NCBI GenBank assembly: GCA_016839705.1
Contig: JAEOTR010000060.1
Location: forward strand, 1-64,000
DNA from: Promethearchaeota archaeon
GTDB lineage: Archaea; Asgardarchaeota; Lokiarchaeia; Sigyniarchaeales; SOKP01
Direction: 5' to 3'
DNA length: 64,000 nucleotides
This document shows, piece after piece, positions 10,045 to 20,085 of the stretch. Made by a program: the position numbers and the translations under genes. The notes beneath the pieces were generated by a model. The model was not told the origin of the DNA. It worked only from the letters and a program-made list of their open reading frames with translations, and ran no database searches. Within the stretch, counting starts at the first letter, position 1. Each line of letters opens with the position of its first letter.

Positions 10045-10695
10045 TTGTTTTTGGTGATAAATTTTGCTTTTATGAGTACGATCTTCCTTTTCTTTATCCA
10101 TTCAGATATTAAATTCAGGAAAATACCACAAAGGTATTTTATATTCAGTTATATTATTGGCCCCATTTTAAATATCTTTGAATTCCTAATCTTTTTCGAA
10201 AAAATTGTGGTTATTATATATTTAAAACTTTTTGTAGCTATTTTTGTATTTTCCTTAGCTTTTATTTTATTTATTTTGAAAATCATTGGTGGAAGTGATG
10301 GTAAACTCCTTATTTTTATTTTTTTTGTGCATCCGATTCTATATCTGAATGTATACATTATTTTTTCTTTTTTCCTGATCTTTTCATTATTCTTTGTTGT
10401 TTTTTTTACAGTTAACCTAATCTTCAATAACATTTTTGGAGATGGTTGTTCGTTCATACTCTTCTTCAATTTAAATTTTAAACTCTCAATTTTTAAAAAA
10501 GTTTTCTTTAAATGTTTTTATAAGTTCTTCAATTATGTTGATCTAGGTGATTATCTTGAGAGGAAACACTATATAAAATCGTTATATTTAATATATAATT
10601 TTAATAAAAACAAGTTTCAAATACTATGTCAAATCCGTCCTCCTTTAATAGTACTTATAATCCTCTCTTATTATATTGTTTTCTTTTTAAATTAA
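10045..10695 (+). CDS. Prepilin peptidase, A24 family
   Basis: Multi-TM protein with both catalytic Asp motifs, SDIKFRKIP and IGGSDGK. Confidence 0.85.
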   Translation: MFLVINFAFMSTIFLFFIHSDIKFRKIPQRYFIFSYIIGPILNIFEFLIFFEKIVVIIYLKLFVAIFVFSLAFILFILKIIGGSDGKLLIFIFFVHPILYLNVYIIFSFFLIFSLFFVVFFTVNLIFNNIFGDGCSFILFFNLNFKLSIFKKVFFKCFYKFFNYVDLGDYLERKHYIKSLYLIYNFNKNKFQILCQIRPPLIVLIILSYYIVFFLN

Positions 10696-10783
10696 ATCCT
10701 TTAACATATATCGTGGAAATAATTTTAAATTTAATGATTTTTACTAGAAGTATGAATTTTAATTATTATGTGAAAATATTATT

Positions 10784-11176
10784 ATGGAAATTGAAAAAAC
10801 AAGAGAAACTTCGTGGAGAATTCAGTTAAAAAATAGAAATGAAAATATCGAAATAACCTCAGTTGAGATTAGTGGTGAAGTTCGGATTATCAAACTAGCG
10901 CTTCTGAAAAATGAAAAAACAATAAAAGTTGAAATGAATAAAGAAGAATTTTTTAATTTTCTGTCTTTAATCTCTGCTTTCAAAGATGTAGTGATAGGAG
11001 AGGATATAATGAGAATTGATGAAGGGGCATCTATAAAGGAAAAAGAACCTCAAAAGGTAGAAGATATTTCTGACATGGACAATACGATATATCCCATTAA
11101 TACTGAATCATCAGAAAATAATATTAAAGAATCTGATGAAGATGAATTAAACCCTGAAGAATGGGATCCTTGGTAG
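10784..11176 (+). CDS. Hypothetical protein with acidic tail
   Basis: Compact beta/alpha N-domain followed by a tail ending DEDELNPEEWDPW. Confidence 0.7.
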   Translation: MEIEKTRETSWRIQLKNRNENIEITSVEISGEVRIIKLALLKNEKTIKVEMNKEEFFNFLSLISAFKDVVIGEDIMRIDEGASIKEKEPQKVEDISDMDNTIYPINTESSENNIKESDEDELNPEEWDPW

Positions 11177-11182
11177 TATCCT

Positions 11183-11674
11183 TTAATTACTTCTCTTATC
11201 AATTCTAAATTCACAGTTCTCTAGATTTAAATCTTCCAGCGAACATTGTGTTTCTTCTACATTTACTCTGTATAATGCAAATTCTCCAAATCCTGCTAAT
11301 AATCCCGTGATAAAATAACAAAAATATTTTGATTTGTTTTCTAATTCTGATGAGATATTATGGTGAAGATCGATAACAATTGAATCTTTGGATATTTTTT
11401 TAGGGTTAAACCGTCCCCATCCATGATTACTTAAAATATTTGTGAATTGATTCACTAAATCGTCTAATGATTTTGGTTTTAAATTTTCTTCCCAAGTTTG
11501 TATCAACTTCCAACCCGCTTTTTTACCTAACCATACTAATAATGATTTCACACCTTCTCCGTAAATAGAAGCTAAAATATCTATCACTCGAGGGGGAAAA
11601 AAAGCAAAACGATCGTTAAATAGCTGATATTTCCCTTTGCCAAATTTTAAACCCTTTAATTTTAAATTTCTCAT
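11183..11674 (-). CDS. V4R-domain protein (TRAPP/Bet3-related fold)
   Basis: LGKKAG...GWGRF...CYFITGLLAG...VEETQC...CEF. Confidence 0.85.
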   Translation of the reverse strand: MRNLKLKGLKFGKGKYQLFNDRFAFFPPRVIDILASIYGEGVKSLLVWLGKKAGWKLIQTWEENLKPKSLDDLVNQFTNILSNHGWGRFNPKKISKDSIVIDLHHNISSELENKSKYFCYFITGLLAGFGEFALYRVNVEETQCSLEDLNLENCEFRIDKRSN

Positions 11675-11856
11675 AATTATTATCAGCTTTTTTTCTTATA
11701 TAATATTTTCTAACGCAATTTAGGGTAAAGAATCTAATTTATTAAAAAGGGTTAGTATTTCTTATTACAACTTCTATTAAGATGAAAAATTAAGACTCTT
11801 TCTCCTAGTTAAACAAGATGTTGACTTTAAATAATTACTTACCAATGTTTTTGTGA

Positions 11857-12156
11857 ATGTTGGAGTTAAATATTCTACTATTAGAAATTTCAATAATTTT
11901 AGGCATTAATATTTTAATTTTCATATTCTCCCTTCTTTCAACTGATCTCCTCATAACGTTATTGTCATTTCTAATCTTTTTAATTTTACTATCCCCATTT
12001 CATATATTAATAGAAAAATTAGAAATAACAATATTTGTAAATAATTTTGAAAGTTCTCTAATTTACAAACTCTTTTTTTATTATTCCTATTTAATAAATA
12101 CTTTTATTGGAATATGTTTGTTTGTTGAATTGATTTATCTTTTTATTTATTGTTAA
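11857..12156 (+). CDS. Small membrane protein
   Basis: About three hydrophobic segments. Confidence 0.55.
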   Translation: MLELNILLLEISIILGINILIFIFSLLSTDLLITLLSFLIFLILLSPFHILIEKLEITIFVNNFESSLIYKLFFYYSYLINTFIGICLFVELIYLFIYC

Positions 12157-12183
12157 AAGTTGGATCCCTTTCAGTTTTTATTC

Positions 12184-13707
12184 TTATAAGAAATTAGAAA
12201 TATTCATAAAAGAAATAAAAAATGTAAGGATGAATATAATATTTGATGCTAAGATTATCGGTAATCTTCTAATGTAACATATAATTTTTAGAAAATAATT
12301 TGAAGTTATTGAGATACTTGATATTAATACGATTAGTATGATTAATATACTAAAAACGTTAAGTGGATTTTCAAAAAATAGCAGAAATACATTCTCAACT
12401 AAGTTAATATTTCTAATGATAATATTAAAGAAAGGGAATAATCCTGATATACTTCCTGTAATAATTGGGAGGAGAAAAATAAAAAAGAGAATTTTAAACT
12501 TCTCACCCTTCATAATGACTTCTAATTTTTTTTCAAGCTTTTGATGTTTATGTATTATCGTTAAGATTTCTAAAATCTTATCAGATGTATAATAAGCGCT
12601 TCTTTCTGTATAACTTTTAATTGCATCCAAAATTATTACATAACGTAAAGATTTCAATTCTGTTTTTAAAACTTCTATTATTTCACTAAATGAATAAGAA
12701 AAATTTAGAAGATAAGAAATTTGATTCTTTAAAGGCTTCTTCAAAATTGTAAATAATGTCTTATTCTGGTTATACGATTTAAGAAGAGCATTTTCAGGAG
12801 ATAAATTAGTTCTTAAATGATTTGCAAAACCTCTTAGGAATAGGAGAAATTCTTCATATTTTTTTCTTTCATGACTCGAAAAATCGTTTATTAATCCTAT
12901 CAAATAACCTTGGTTTCTTATAAATTTCTTGAACAATAGATTGATAAAGATAATAAAAAATGGGATAAAAAGGATTAAGAATAGGACATTTATTAATTGA
13001 AATAAAATGAGAAAACATATACCTATTGGGAAGAATATTCCAATAAAAAATAGAACGCTAATTTTTGATTGTATCTGTCTGAGATAAATTTTAAACTGCT
13101 GTTCTAAAGAGCTCTCATTATCATTGATGTAATTATTATATTTAAAGTGATTAATTAATAAACTTTTAACAAAATTATCAAAATCGTTTGATGGTGTTTT
13201 TAATTCAATTAATTCTTTTTCAGGATTTTTTCCTTCGTGTACTCTTCTGAAAATAGATTTGAAATAAACTGAAATCGGAATTTTATATGTTTTAACTAAT
13301 TCAATGAAGCGAAGACAATTATCAGAATTTTCTTTGTTAGTTTTTTGAATTAATGAGAAATTAATTTTAATAATATAAAGAACTGAATTTAAAAGTGATT
13401 CCTTTTTTGTTATATCTCTATAGAGAATTGAATTAAACTTATAGGATGCGATCATTGAAAGAATTATTGAATAAAGGATAATTATTAAAAAATTAAGAGA
13501 AGTAAGGAATAATGAAATTATTATTGAGATAAAAAATGAAATTAAGAAGATAACAAAGCTTGCTTTGTTGACATCAGATTCATTAGTATTATATAATGTT
13601 CTATAGAGATCACGAAATCTATCATCCAAATTCTTAAATCTAAACTTAGGTATTTTATAACCATGAAATTTAGAGCAAATTTGAACATATTTTTCAATAT
13701 ATTTCAT
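12184..13707 (-). CDS. Type IV filament membrane platform (TadB/TadC/ArlJ-like, two T2SSF-like units)
   Basis: Twice repeated pattern of cytoplasmic domain plus TM block (EGKNPEKEL; NLSPENAL). Lies downstream of a secretion ATPase. Confidence 0.7.
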   Translation of the reverse strand: MKYIEKYVQICSKFHGYKIPKFRFKNLDDRFRDLYRTLYNTNESDVNKASFVIFLISFFISIIISLFLTSLNFLIIILYSIILSMIASYKFNSILYRDITKKESLLNSVLYIIKINFSLIQKTNKENSDNCLRFIELVKTYKIPISVYFKSIFRRVHEGKNPEKELIELKTPSNDFDNFVKSLLINHFKYNNYINDNESSLEQQFKIYLRQIQSKISVLFFIGIFFPIGICFLILFQLINVLFLILFIPFFIIFINLLFKKFIRNQGYLIGLINDFSSHERKKYEEFLLFLRGFANHLRTNLSPENALLKSYNQNKTLFTILKKPLKNQISYLLNFSYSFSEIIEVLKTELKSLRYVIILDAIKSYTERSAYYTSDKILEILTIIHKHQKLEKKLEVIMKGEKFKILFFIFLLPIITGSISGLFPFFNIIIRNINLVENVFLLFFENPLNVFSILIILIVLISSISITSNYFLKIICYIRRLPIILASNIIFILTFFISFMNISNFL

Positions 13708-13720
13708 ATAATCTACAATT

Positions 13721-14143
13721 TTAGTATAAATTTATAAATTTTACAAGGATGTTTGATAAAAGATAAGAGATATTTAGGAGATACGTCTGTGGGGGAAGAT
13801 TATGAAAAAAACAGTTATGAAAACTTGCGTTATATGAGGAGGTTTTACTATATATATTACCCTCAATAAGAAATTCACTAACAATATAAGTATTAAAAAA
13901 TGTCAAGTTAAGATTACTAGGATATTGTATATCTTGTAAATAAGATCCCTCTGGGTTTTGAATTATATAAAGAACGGCTTCATTAATCTCATCAAGAAAA
14001 TCTATATAAGTTTCTAATTCATTCATTTCTTTTTCACTATATTTTGTTAATTCACCTAGAAATGGAATTAGGATCGCAGAGAAAATTGTGAGTAAGAAAA
14101 TACTAAACCCTATAAGTAATGACTTTTCAAAAAGATTTGTCAT
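13721..14143 (-). CDS. Pilin-like protein
   Basis: N-terminus TNLFEKSLLIGF plus a hydrophobic helix, similar to the Flp-like pilin at 23036. Sits between ATPase and platform genes. Confidence 0.55.
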   Translation of the reverse strand: MTNLFEKSLLIGFSIFLLTIFSAILIPFLGELTKYSEKEMNELETYIDFLDEINEAVLYIIQNPEGSYLQDIQYPSNLNLTFFNTYIVSEFLIEGNIYSKTSSYNASFHNCFFHNLPPQTYLLNISYLLSNILVKFINLY

Positions 14144-14159
14144 AAAAAGGAATTCAAAT

Positions 14160-16316
14160 TTATAGATTTAAATCCCTCTTTTTTTTCCACTCAGCCCAAA
14201 ATTGATTAAGAGAATCAATGGATATGAATGAATGATAAGAGATTTTATGGAATAAATCTATTAATTTTAACTTGTTTAATGAATTTATTTCTGTTATAAA
14301 TTCGAAGATTTCTTTATAAATAGTTATAATAGCTGTAAACTTTTCTTTGGGCAAATTTTCATTTTTTTTTAATTCATTCATTATTTTAGTCTCATAAAGG
14401 GATTTTGATAATTTCCACGTCTTTGAATATGGATCATAGTTAAAAATTGAATCATAATATTTATCTCCCTTAAAATTCCCCTTATTAACTTCAGAAATTG
14501 AAAGAATCCGTCTTTTATTTTGGTCCTTTTTCATCAAAATGATAAGGTCAAGATCGGATAAACATGATTTATCTATATGAAAGTGGTACAGAAAACGATT
14601 TATTAAAGAGTCGATATTATTCCCATGAATTGTTTGAAAGCCCTTTAAACCTGCTGCTAAACAATGAAACATAGCTTCTGATTCTTCTTTTGTTAGAATC
14701 TCTCCCAAATATATTATATCCGGCGTTCTATGCAAGAGAGTTTTTATTATATTACTTTTTGAATATTTTTGCGTTAAATGATCTTCTAATGAATCTACCT
14801 GATATTTTAATTGATGTTTATCAAAATCATGCTGTTTTAATGACTCTGTTACATTTTCAACGTATATTTTCCTAAATTCTTTGGGAGTCAATAGATCCAA
14901 AGTATTAATTAAAGTCGTTTTACCTGTGTCTGTTTCACCCGTAATCGTTATATTTATCTTTCTTAAAATACTAAAATAGAGGAATGCTGCCATTAATGAA
15001 TCTAAAGTTCCATTTTTCAAGAGATCCTGAATTGTGAAAATATTTTTGTTTAATTTTCGAATATCCAAGGCGAAATTATGTAACTGAATAGGATCAACAT
15101 CAATTGCAAATCTACAATAGAAGTATTCGTTTTTTATAACCAATTTTATACTAGGATTCATATAATCAAGTCTTTTTCCACTATATAATCGTGCCATTGT
15201 TTTTAATCGATCTATCTCTATTGATGTTAATTTTATTTTGGTCCTACATCGACCATATTTTTGATGGTTGACATAAATATTATCATCGGGTGAATCCAAG
15301 AATATTTCTTCTACTAGATCATCAACTAAGATTGGGAATAATTTATCTAAGTGTAATTTTTTTAAAGATGCTAGAAATCCTATCCTTTTTATTTCAAGCT
15401 CAGGAAGATTAAATTTTGAGTTTAACAATTCTATAGATTTGTCCTTATAGAGATTTATTAGTGTTTCTAAAGGTATTATTCTATCAAATTCAGCACCTTC
15501 TATATTTAATTCAATATTGTTGATGATTTTCTCGATGTAGTCTTTTTCTTTATCTTCCTCAAAAAACATATTTATTTTATAAAATTTCTCATTTTCAAAT
15601 GATCGTTGATAGATATTAACTTGAAAGCTGTCATACTTTCCAATTTTATAAGTCTTTAATAACGGTTCACTTTCCTTTGAATTATATTCTTGAAATTCAT
15701 GAATACAATTATCATCATAAACAATTTTAGAAAGAAAATGTGTATAGAAGTTGACATCTTTATTATGGTAATCTTTAAAATATTGAATTACTCTCAAGTT
15801 ATTAAAAATTGTAAGAATATTTTTTGTTAGCTTTTCAAGGTATACCTTGCAATTTCTGCATATCAAATTATTTAATTCTATTTTATTAAAATTTAAATCC
15901 AATTCTGAGATAACCTTATATACTTGGAGAGGATCGTAATAGTCAGACTCTTTTATTCTATGTAATTCGGCAAAATTAGTGGAGAATCCACACTTAAATT
16001 CCTCGAAACGACATTTATTCGTTCTCATATTTACTATTTTTTGAACGATCTTATCGATTTTTTTGATTTTTTTAAAATATTCTAATAGAATTTCAATCTG
16101 ATAAGATTCAATTAGAAAATCGTTCCACGAAATTGAACTAATATTTGCATTTTTATGAAGAAATAAATTATATAATAAACAGGATAAGCATCTGTTATTT
16201 GCGCTTGGGTTTTCCTTTCTTGAGATACACTTTTGGCAATCAATAAATTGTATTAATTCTCTTTTTCCCGCGAAATTTTCTTTTTCTTGAAAGTAACTAA
16301 CATTCTTTAAAATCAT
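14160..16316 (-). CDS. Type II/IV secretion ATPase (TadA/VirB11/ArlI-like) with Cys-rich N-terminal extension
   Basis: Walker A GETDTGKT, RTPDIIYLGEI, His-box QTIH, DIRK motif. N-terminal CQKC, CLSC and CRNC. Confidence 0.9.
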   Translation of the reverse strand: MILKNVSYFQEKENFAGKRELIQFIDCQKCISRKENPSANNRCLSCLLYNLFLHKNANISSISWNDFLIESYQIEILLEYFKKIKKIDKIVQKIVNMRTNKCRFEEFKCGFSTNFAELHRIKESDYYDPLQVYKVISELDLNFNKIELNNLICRNCKVYLEKLTKNILTIFNNLRVIQYFKDYHNKDVNFYTHFLSKIVYDDNCIHEFQEYNSKESEPLLKTYKIGKYDSFQVNIYQRSFENEKFYKINMFFEEDKEKDYIEKIINNIELNIEGAEFDRIIPLETLINLYKDKSIELLNSKFNLPELEIKRIGFLASLKKLHLDKLFPILVDDLVEEIFLDSPDDNIYVNHQKYGRCRTKIKLTSIEIDRLKTMARLYSGKRLDYMNPSIKLVIKNEYFYCRFAIDVDPIQLHNFALDIRKLNKNIFTIQDLLKNGTLDSLMAAFLYFSILRKINITITGETDTGKTTLINTLDLLTPKEFRKIYVENVTESLKQHDFDKHQLKYQVDSLEDHLTQKYSKSNIIKTLLHRTPDIIYLGEILTKEESEAMFHCLAAGLKGFQTIHGNNIDSLINRFLYHFHIDKSCLSDLDLIILMKKDQNKRRILSISEVNKGNFKGDKYYDSIFNYDPYSKTWKLSKSLYETKIMNELKKNENLPKEKFTAIITIYKEIFEFITEINSLNKLKLIDLFHKISYHSFISIDSLNQFWAEWKKKRDLNL

Positions 16317-16437
16317 TTAAACTTATTTTTAAAAAGAAAAATTTAAATAACCCCATTTTATTCATAAGAGAAAATCAGCAGATTTGAATTAGAATGTAAA
16401 AATTTATTTATTTTGAAAAATTCAATTCCAAAAGTTA

Positions 16438-17466
16438 GTGGTTATTATGGGTCATCGTAAAAAGCATGCACCAAGACATGGATCATTAGCATTTCTCCCA
16501 AGAAAAAGAGCGGCGTCTATTAAAGGCAGAATAAGACACTGGGAAGACAATTCAGAACAGGTAAATTTTCTTGGTTTTGCTGGTTTTAAAGCAGGAATGT
16601 CACATGTTCTCTATATTGAAGACCAACCAAATAGTCCATATTATGGAAAAGAATTAATGAAACCTGTTACTGTTGTTGAAGTTCCCCCATTGGTGCTTAT
16701 TGGGGTTAGAGTCTATAAAGAAGATGATTATGGTAAATATGTTATAGGAGAAATATTTACAAATGAATTTAATAATTTTATAACTCGCAAAGTAAGTCTA
16801 CCAAATATTGAAAATTATGACATTAAAGACTTAAAAAATAAAATTCTAAAAGAATTGGATGAGACATGTAAGATTAGAGGAGTTTTTCAGACTCAACCTC
16901 ATAAAACGTCGCTTCCTAGAAAAAAACCAGATATAATCGAAATTAAAGTTAATTCTTCGAATAGGCCAAAAGATGAATTCAACTTTGCTCTAAAAAGTTT
17001 AGGGAAAGAGATTAGAGCTAGAGATGTATTAAATGAAGGTGAACTAATTGACACTATTGCAGTAACTAAGGGTAAGGGTTTTCAAGGCCCTGTTAAACGA
17101 TATGGAATTAAAATCTTAACTAGAAAAAATAGTAAAATAAAGAGAACAGTTGCTTGCATTGGCCCTTGGCACCCAGCCCGAGTTCTTTATACTGTTCCAC
17201 GCGCGGGACAAATGGGATTTCATCAAAGAACGGAATATCATAAAAGAATTATGTTAATTGGTGAAAATGAGGAAGAAATCAATCCAAAAGGAGGATATCT
17301 AAGATATGGAAAGATTCAGGGGGATTATTTATTACTCCTTGGCTCAATCCCCGGACCAAAAAAAAGATTAATACGGATAAGAAAAACAATAAGGCCACTA
17401 AAATCATTTGTAGTTAAAACTCCTGAAATAACATTTATTAGTCGAGAAAGTCACCAGAGAAAATAA
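16438..17466 (+). CDS. rpl3: 50S ribosomal protein L3
   Basis: PRHGSLAFLPRKRA, GFKAGM, TKGKGFQG, GQMGFHQRT. Confidence 0.98.
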   Translation: MVIMGHRKKHAPRHGSLAFLPRKRAASIKGRIRHWEDNSEQVNFLGFAGFKAGMSHVLYIEDQPNSPYYGKELMKPVTVVEVPPLVLIGVRVYKEDDYGKYVIGEIFTNEFNNFITRKVSLPNIENYDIKDLKNKILKELDETCKIRGVFQTQPHKTSLPRKKPDIIEIKVNSSNRPKDEFNFALKSLGKEIRARDVLNEGELIDTIAVTKGKGFQGPVKRYGIKILTRKNSKIKRTVACIGPWHPARVLYTVPRAGQMGFHQRTEYHKRIMLIGENEEEINPKGGYLRYGKIQGDYLLLLGSIPGPKKRLIRIRKTIRPLKSFVVKTPEITFISRESHQRK

Positions 17467-17481
17467 ATTTAAAGTGTTTTT

Positions 17482-18270
17482 ATGGAAAAAATTAATGTTT
17501 ATGATTTAGATGGGAAGAAAAAAGGATTAATTGATAAGCCTGAGATATTTAACGTAAAGCCCAGAAAAGATCTTATTCAAATGGCTAATAATGTAATTCA
17601 GAGTAGAAATAAGCAAGCTCAAGGAAGAGATAGAGCAGCGGGATTAAAAAACATTTCTGAAAGTTGGGGTACTGGTTATGGTATGTCCCGAGCACCTAGG
17701 AGAAAAGGATCAGGATTTCCTACTTCACGACATGTTGGAAGGGTTCCTTTCGCTAGGGGTGGACGCCGTACACATCCGATTAAATCCGAAAAAGTAGGGA
17801 GAAAAAAAATTAATAAAAAAACGAATAAAGCCTCAATTATTTCCGCAATTTCTGCTTCGGGTGATAGGATATGGGTAAAAAAACGAGGGTATAATATCGA
17901 TAATATTCCTGAATTACCGCTAGTTGTTGATGATAAAATCCAGACAGTGAAAAAAACCGAGACGATTTTCACTGCATTATGCAATTTAGGATTAAAAGAG
18001 GAGTTATTTAAAATAAGAAAGAGTAAAAAAATAAGAAGTGGAAAAGGTAAAGCTAGGGGTCGTAAATATAAAATTAAAAAAGGTATATTGATCATAATAA
18101 AAGATGATTTTGGGATAGTTAAAGCTTCAAGAAACATCCCTGGAACAGATATTATTAAGTTAGATAATCTGTCCATTAATAAACTAGCACCTGGTGGTGT
18201 TTTAGGAAGATTAATATTATGGTCACAATCCGCTTTTAATCAATTAAATAACTATGAGGTGTCCATTTAG
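17482..18270 (+). CDS. rpl4: 50S ribosomal protein L4
   Basis: SESWGTGYGMSRAPR, GGRRTHP, LAPGG..GRL. Confidence 0.97.
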   Translation: MEKINVYDLDGKKKGLIDKPEIFNVKPRKDLIQMANNVIQSRNKQAQGRDRAAGLKNISESWGTGYGMSRAPRRKGSGFPTSRHVGRVPFARGGRRTHPIKSEKVGRKKINKKTNKASIISAISASGDRIWVKKRGYNIDNIPELPLVVDDKIQTVKKTETIFTALCNLGLKEELFKIRKSKKIRSGKGKARGRKYKIKKGILIIIKDDFGIVKASRNIPGTDIIKLDNLSINKLAPGGVLGRLILWSQSAFNQLNNYEVSI

Positions 18271-18271
18271 T

Positions 18272-18535
18272 ATGGAAAGATTTTATACTATAATTAAAAG
18301 ACCTTTGATTACTGAAAAAACATTTGATTTGATCGAAAAAGAAAACAAGCTTGTATTTATTGTTAGCAGATTTGTTAATAAAAGCCAAATAAAAAGGGCT
18401 GTAGAAAAAATACATAATGTGAAAGTGATTAAAGTAAATACAATGATAACAACAAAAGGAGAGAAAAAAGCCTTTATTAAACTTCACCCAGATAATTCCG
18501 CACAGGATATTGCTATCGATTTAGGAATTTTCTAA
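18272..18535 (+). CDS. rpl23: 50S ribosomal protein L23 (start moved to ATG 18272)
   Basis: PLITEK...ENKLVF...KVNT...GEKKAFIKL. Confidence 0.96.
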   Translation: MERFYTIIKRPLITEKTFDLIEKENKLVFIVSRFVNKSQIKRAVEKIHNVKVIKVNTMITTKGEKKAFIKLHPDNSAQDIAIDLGIF

Positions 18536-19648
18536 TTTTTGCTTGAAGATCTTAAAATTAAATTTTGATATTTCATCCAAACCCAATATCTGAACATTCT
18601 TCAATGAGGTAAAATTTTTAATTTTTAATAATTTTTTAGCGTCGTCTTCATCCAGGACAATAATATAGATGAAATATTTAGCTAAATATTTTTGAATTAT
18701 TCGTTGGATAAATTCTGACCTTAGTTTTGACATAGTTAAGAATAAAAAAGTCTGTTCCACAAAAAGTAAGTATTTACTAAGCCTTATGAACTCTACATTA
18801 TTCTTTAATAAGTTACGCTCAAACTCTCGATTAAACTTTAAAAGTTCCTGTGATTTATTTGGATAATTGTTTAGGAATATATGTGAGTAATATTTAAGTA
18901 AAAAGAAATTGTGAGAGATTCCTTTCCTCCACAAAAAATTATGAAATTCTTTAATCTTTATATTTTGCTTTTTTATAACATTATAATTGAAGAAACCATT
19001 AACATTCTTCTCTGTACTGGATAAAACATCTTTTTTAATAACTTCTTCGGTAAAAAAAAGAGAGAATTTAATTTCTTCATTATTATCGCATAAAAAGTTG
19101 ATTATTAAATATCCTTTCTTATTAAAATTGTTGATAATCCTAATAAAATTATGAATAAAAGAATCTTGACTATCTAATTTATCTAAATTAATAGAAAAAA
19201 AATCTAGGTGAAATGAGGTGTCTTTGTTTACAATTAATATTGATTCAGCAAGCTTTGTTAAGCTTGTGTTTGAATCAATTTTGTTAAGGAATAATCCAAG
19301 AAATTTTTGTTCTAAAATTGATTCTACATGAAATTTAATTGGTAGCTTCTTTTCGGTAATATTTTGGCGCATTATGTTAAATACCCGCACGATATTCTCT
19401 TTTTTAATATCCTCAAAATTTAGTAAAAAGAGTATTTTCTTTTGTTGTAAAGTATTCAATTGAATTGAGTAATATTGAATAAATCTTTTCTTTAAAAATT
19501 CATTCAAAATAGGAATAATTTGATTAAAGGAATTGGCTTCAAACACCGCAAAAGCGACAATTTTCTTATTCCTATTCAAACTTTTATAAAATATTAAGTA
19601 TCGATCAACTAAGTATGATAATAATTGATACTTTCCCTTTTTGACCAT
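18521..19648 (-). CDS. Hypothetical protein
   Basis: 375-aa ORF; no recognised motif. Confidence 0.7.
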   Translation of the reverse strand: MVKKGKYQLLSYLVDRYLIFYKSLNRNKKIVAFAVFEANSFNQIIPILNEFLKKRFIQYYSIQLNTLQQKKILFLLNFEDIKKENIVRVFNIMRQNITEKKLPIKFHVESILEQKFLGLFLNKIDSNTSLTKLAESILIVNKDTSFHLDFFSINLDKLDSQDSFIHNFIRIINNFNKKGYLIINFLCDNNEEIKFSLFFTEEVIKKDVLSSTEKNVNGFFNYNVIKKQNIKIKEFHNFLWRKGISHNFFLLKYYSHIFLNNYPNKSQELLKFNREFERNLLKNNVEFIRLSKYLLFVEQTFLFLTMSKLRSEFIQRIIQKYLAKYFIYIIVLDEDDAKKLLKIKNFTSLKNVQILGLDEISKFNFKIFKQKLENS

Positions 19649-19820
19649 ACATTAAATATTTTGTTATTAATTATAAAAACACAAATTTTTTGATTTCGAT
19701 CAATTAGAGAAAATTGAAGTGATAAATTCTAGTAGAATTGAAATTATGTTCAAATTGTACTAAGGTAAAAAATTATAATCAATACGACATTTTATATGTA
19801 AAACATGCAGGAGAATTAAG

Positions 19821-20012
19821 TTGAGTAAATTCGAAAGATATAAAAAAAAAGCAGAACCTTATATTTATCCTCATAAACACTGTAAGGAATGTGGTGAAAT
19901 GATAACAGAAGCTTTTACTTATTGTCCTGAATGCTATAAGAAAAGAAAAGAAAAGAAAAAAAGAAAATTTTTCAAAAGGAAAAAAAAGCAAGAGGAAAAG
20001 CTAACTGTATAA
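19821..20012 (+). CDS. DUF2116-like Zn-ribbon protein
   Basis: PHKHCKECG..I.....YCPEC followed by a basic tail. Confidence 0.7.
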   Translation: MSKFERYKKKAEPYIYPHKHCKECGEMITEAFTYCPECYKKRKEKKKRKFFKRKKKQEEKLTV

Positions 20013-20085
20013 AAAAAGTGATATAGATTCATTTTTCTCTAAAGTTTTTTCAATATTTTAATTTTAAACCATTGTGATATAAATA

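Noticed and set aside
565-16316. MglAB controlling the pilus as in Myxococcus
   Set aside because: The loci are 6-8 kb apart with unrelated genes between, and MglA/roadblock genes are abundant in Asgard genomes.
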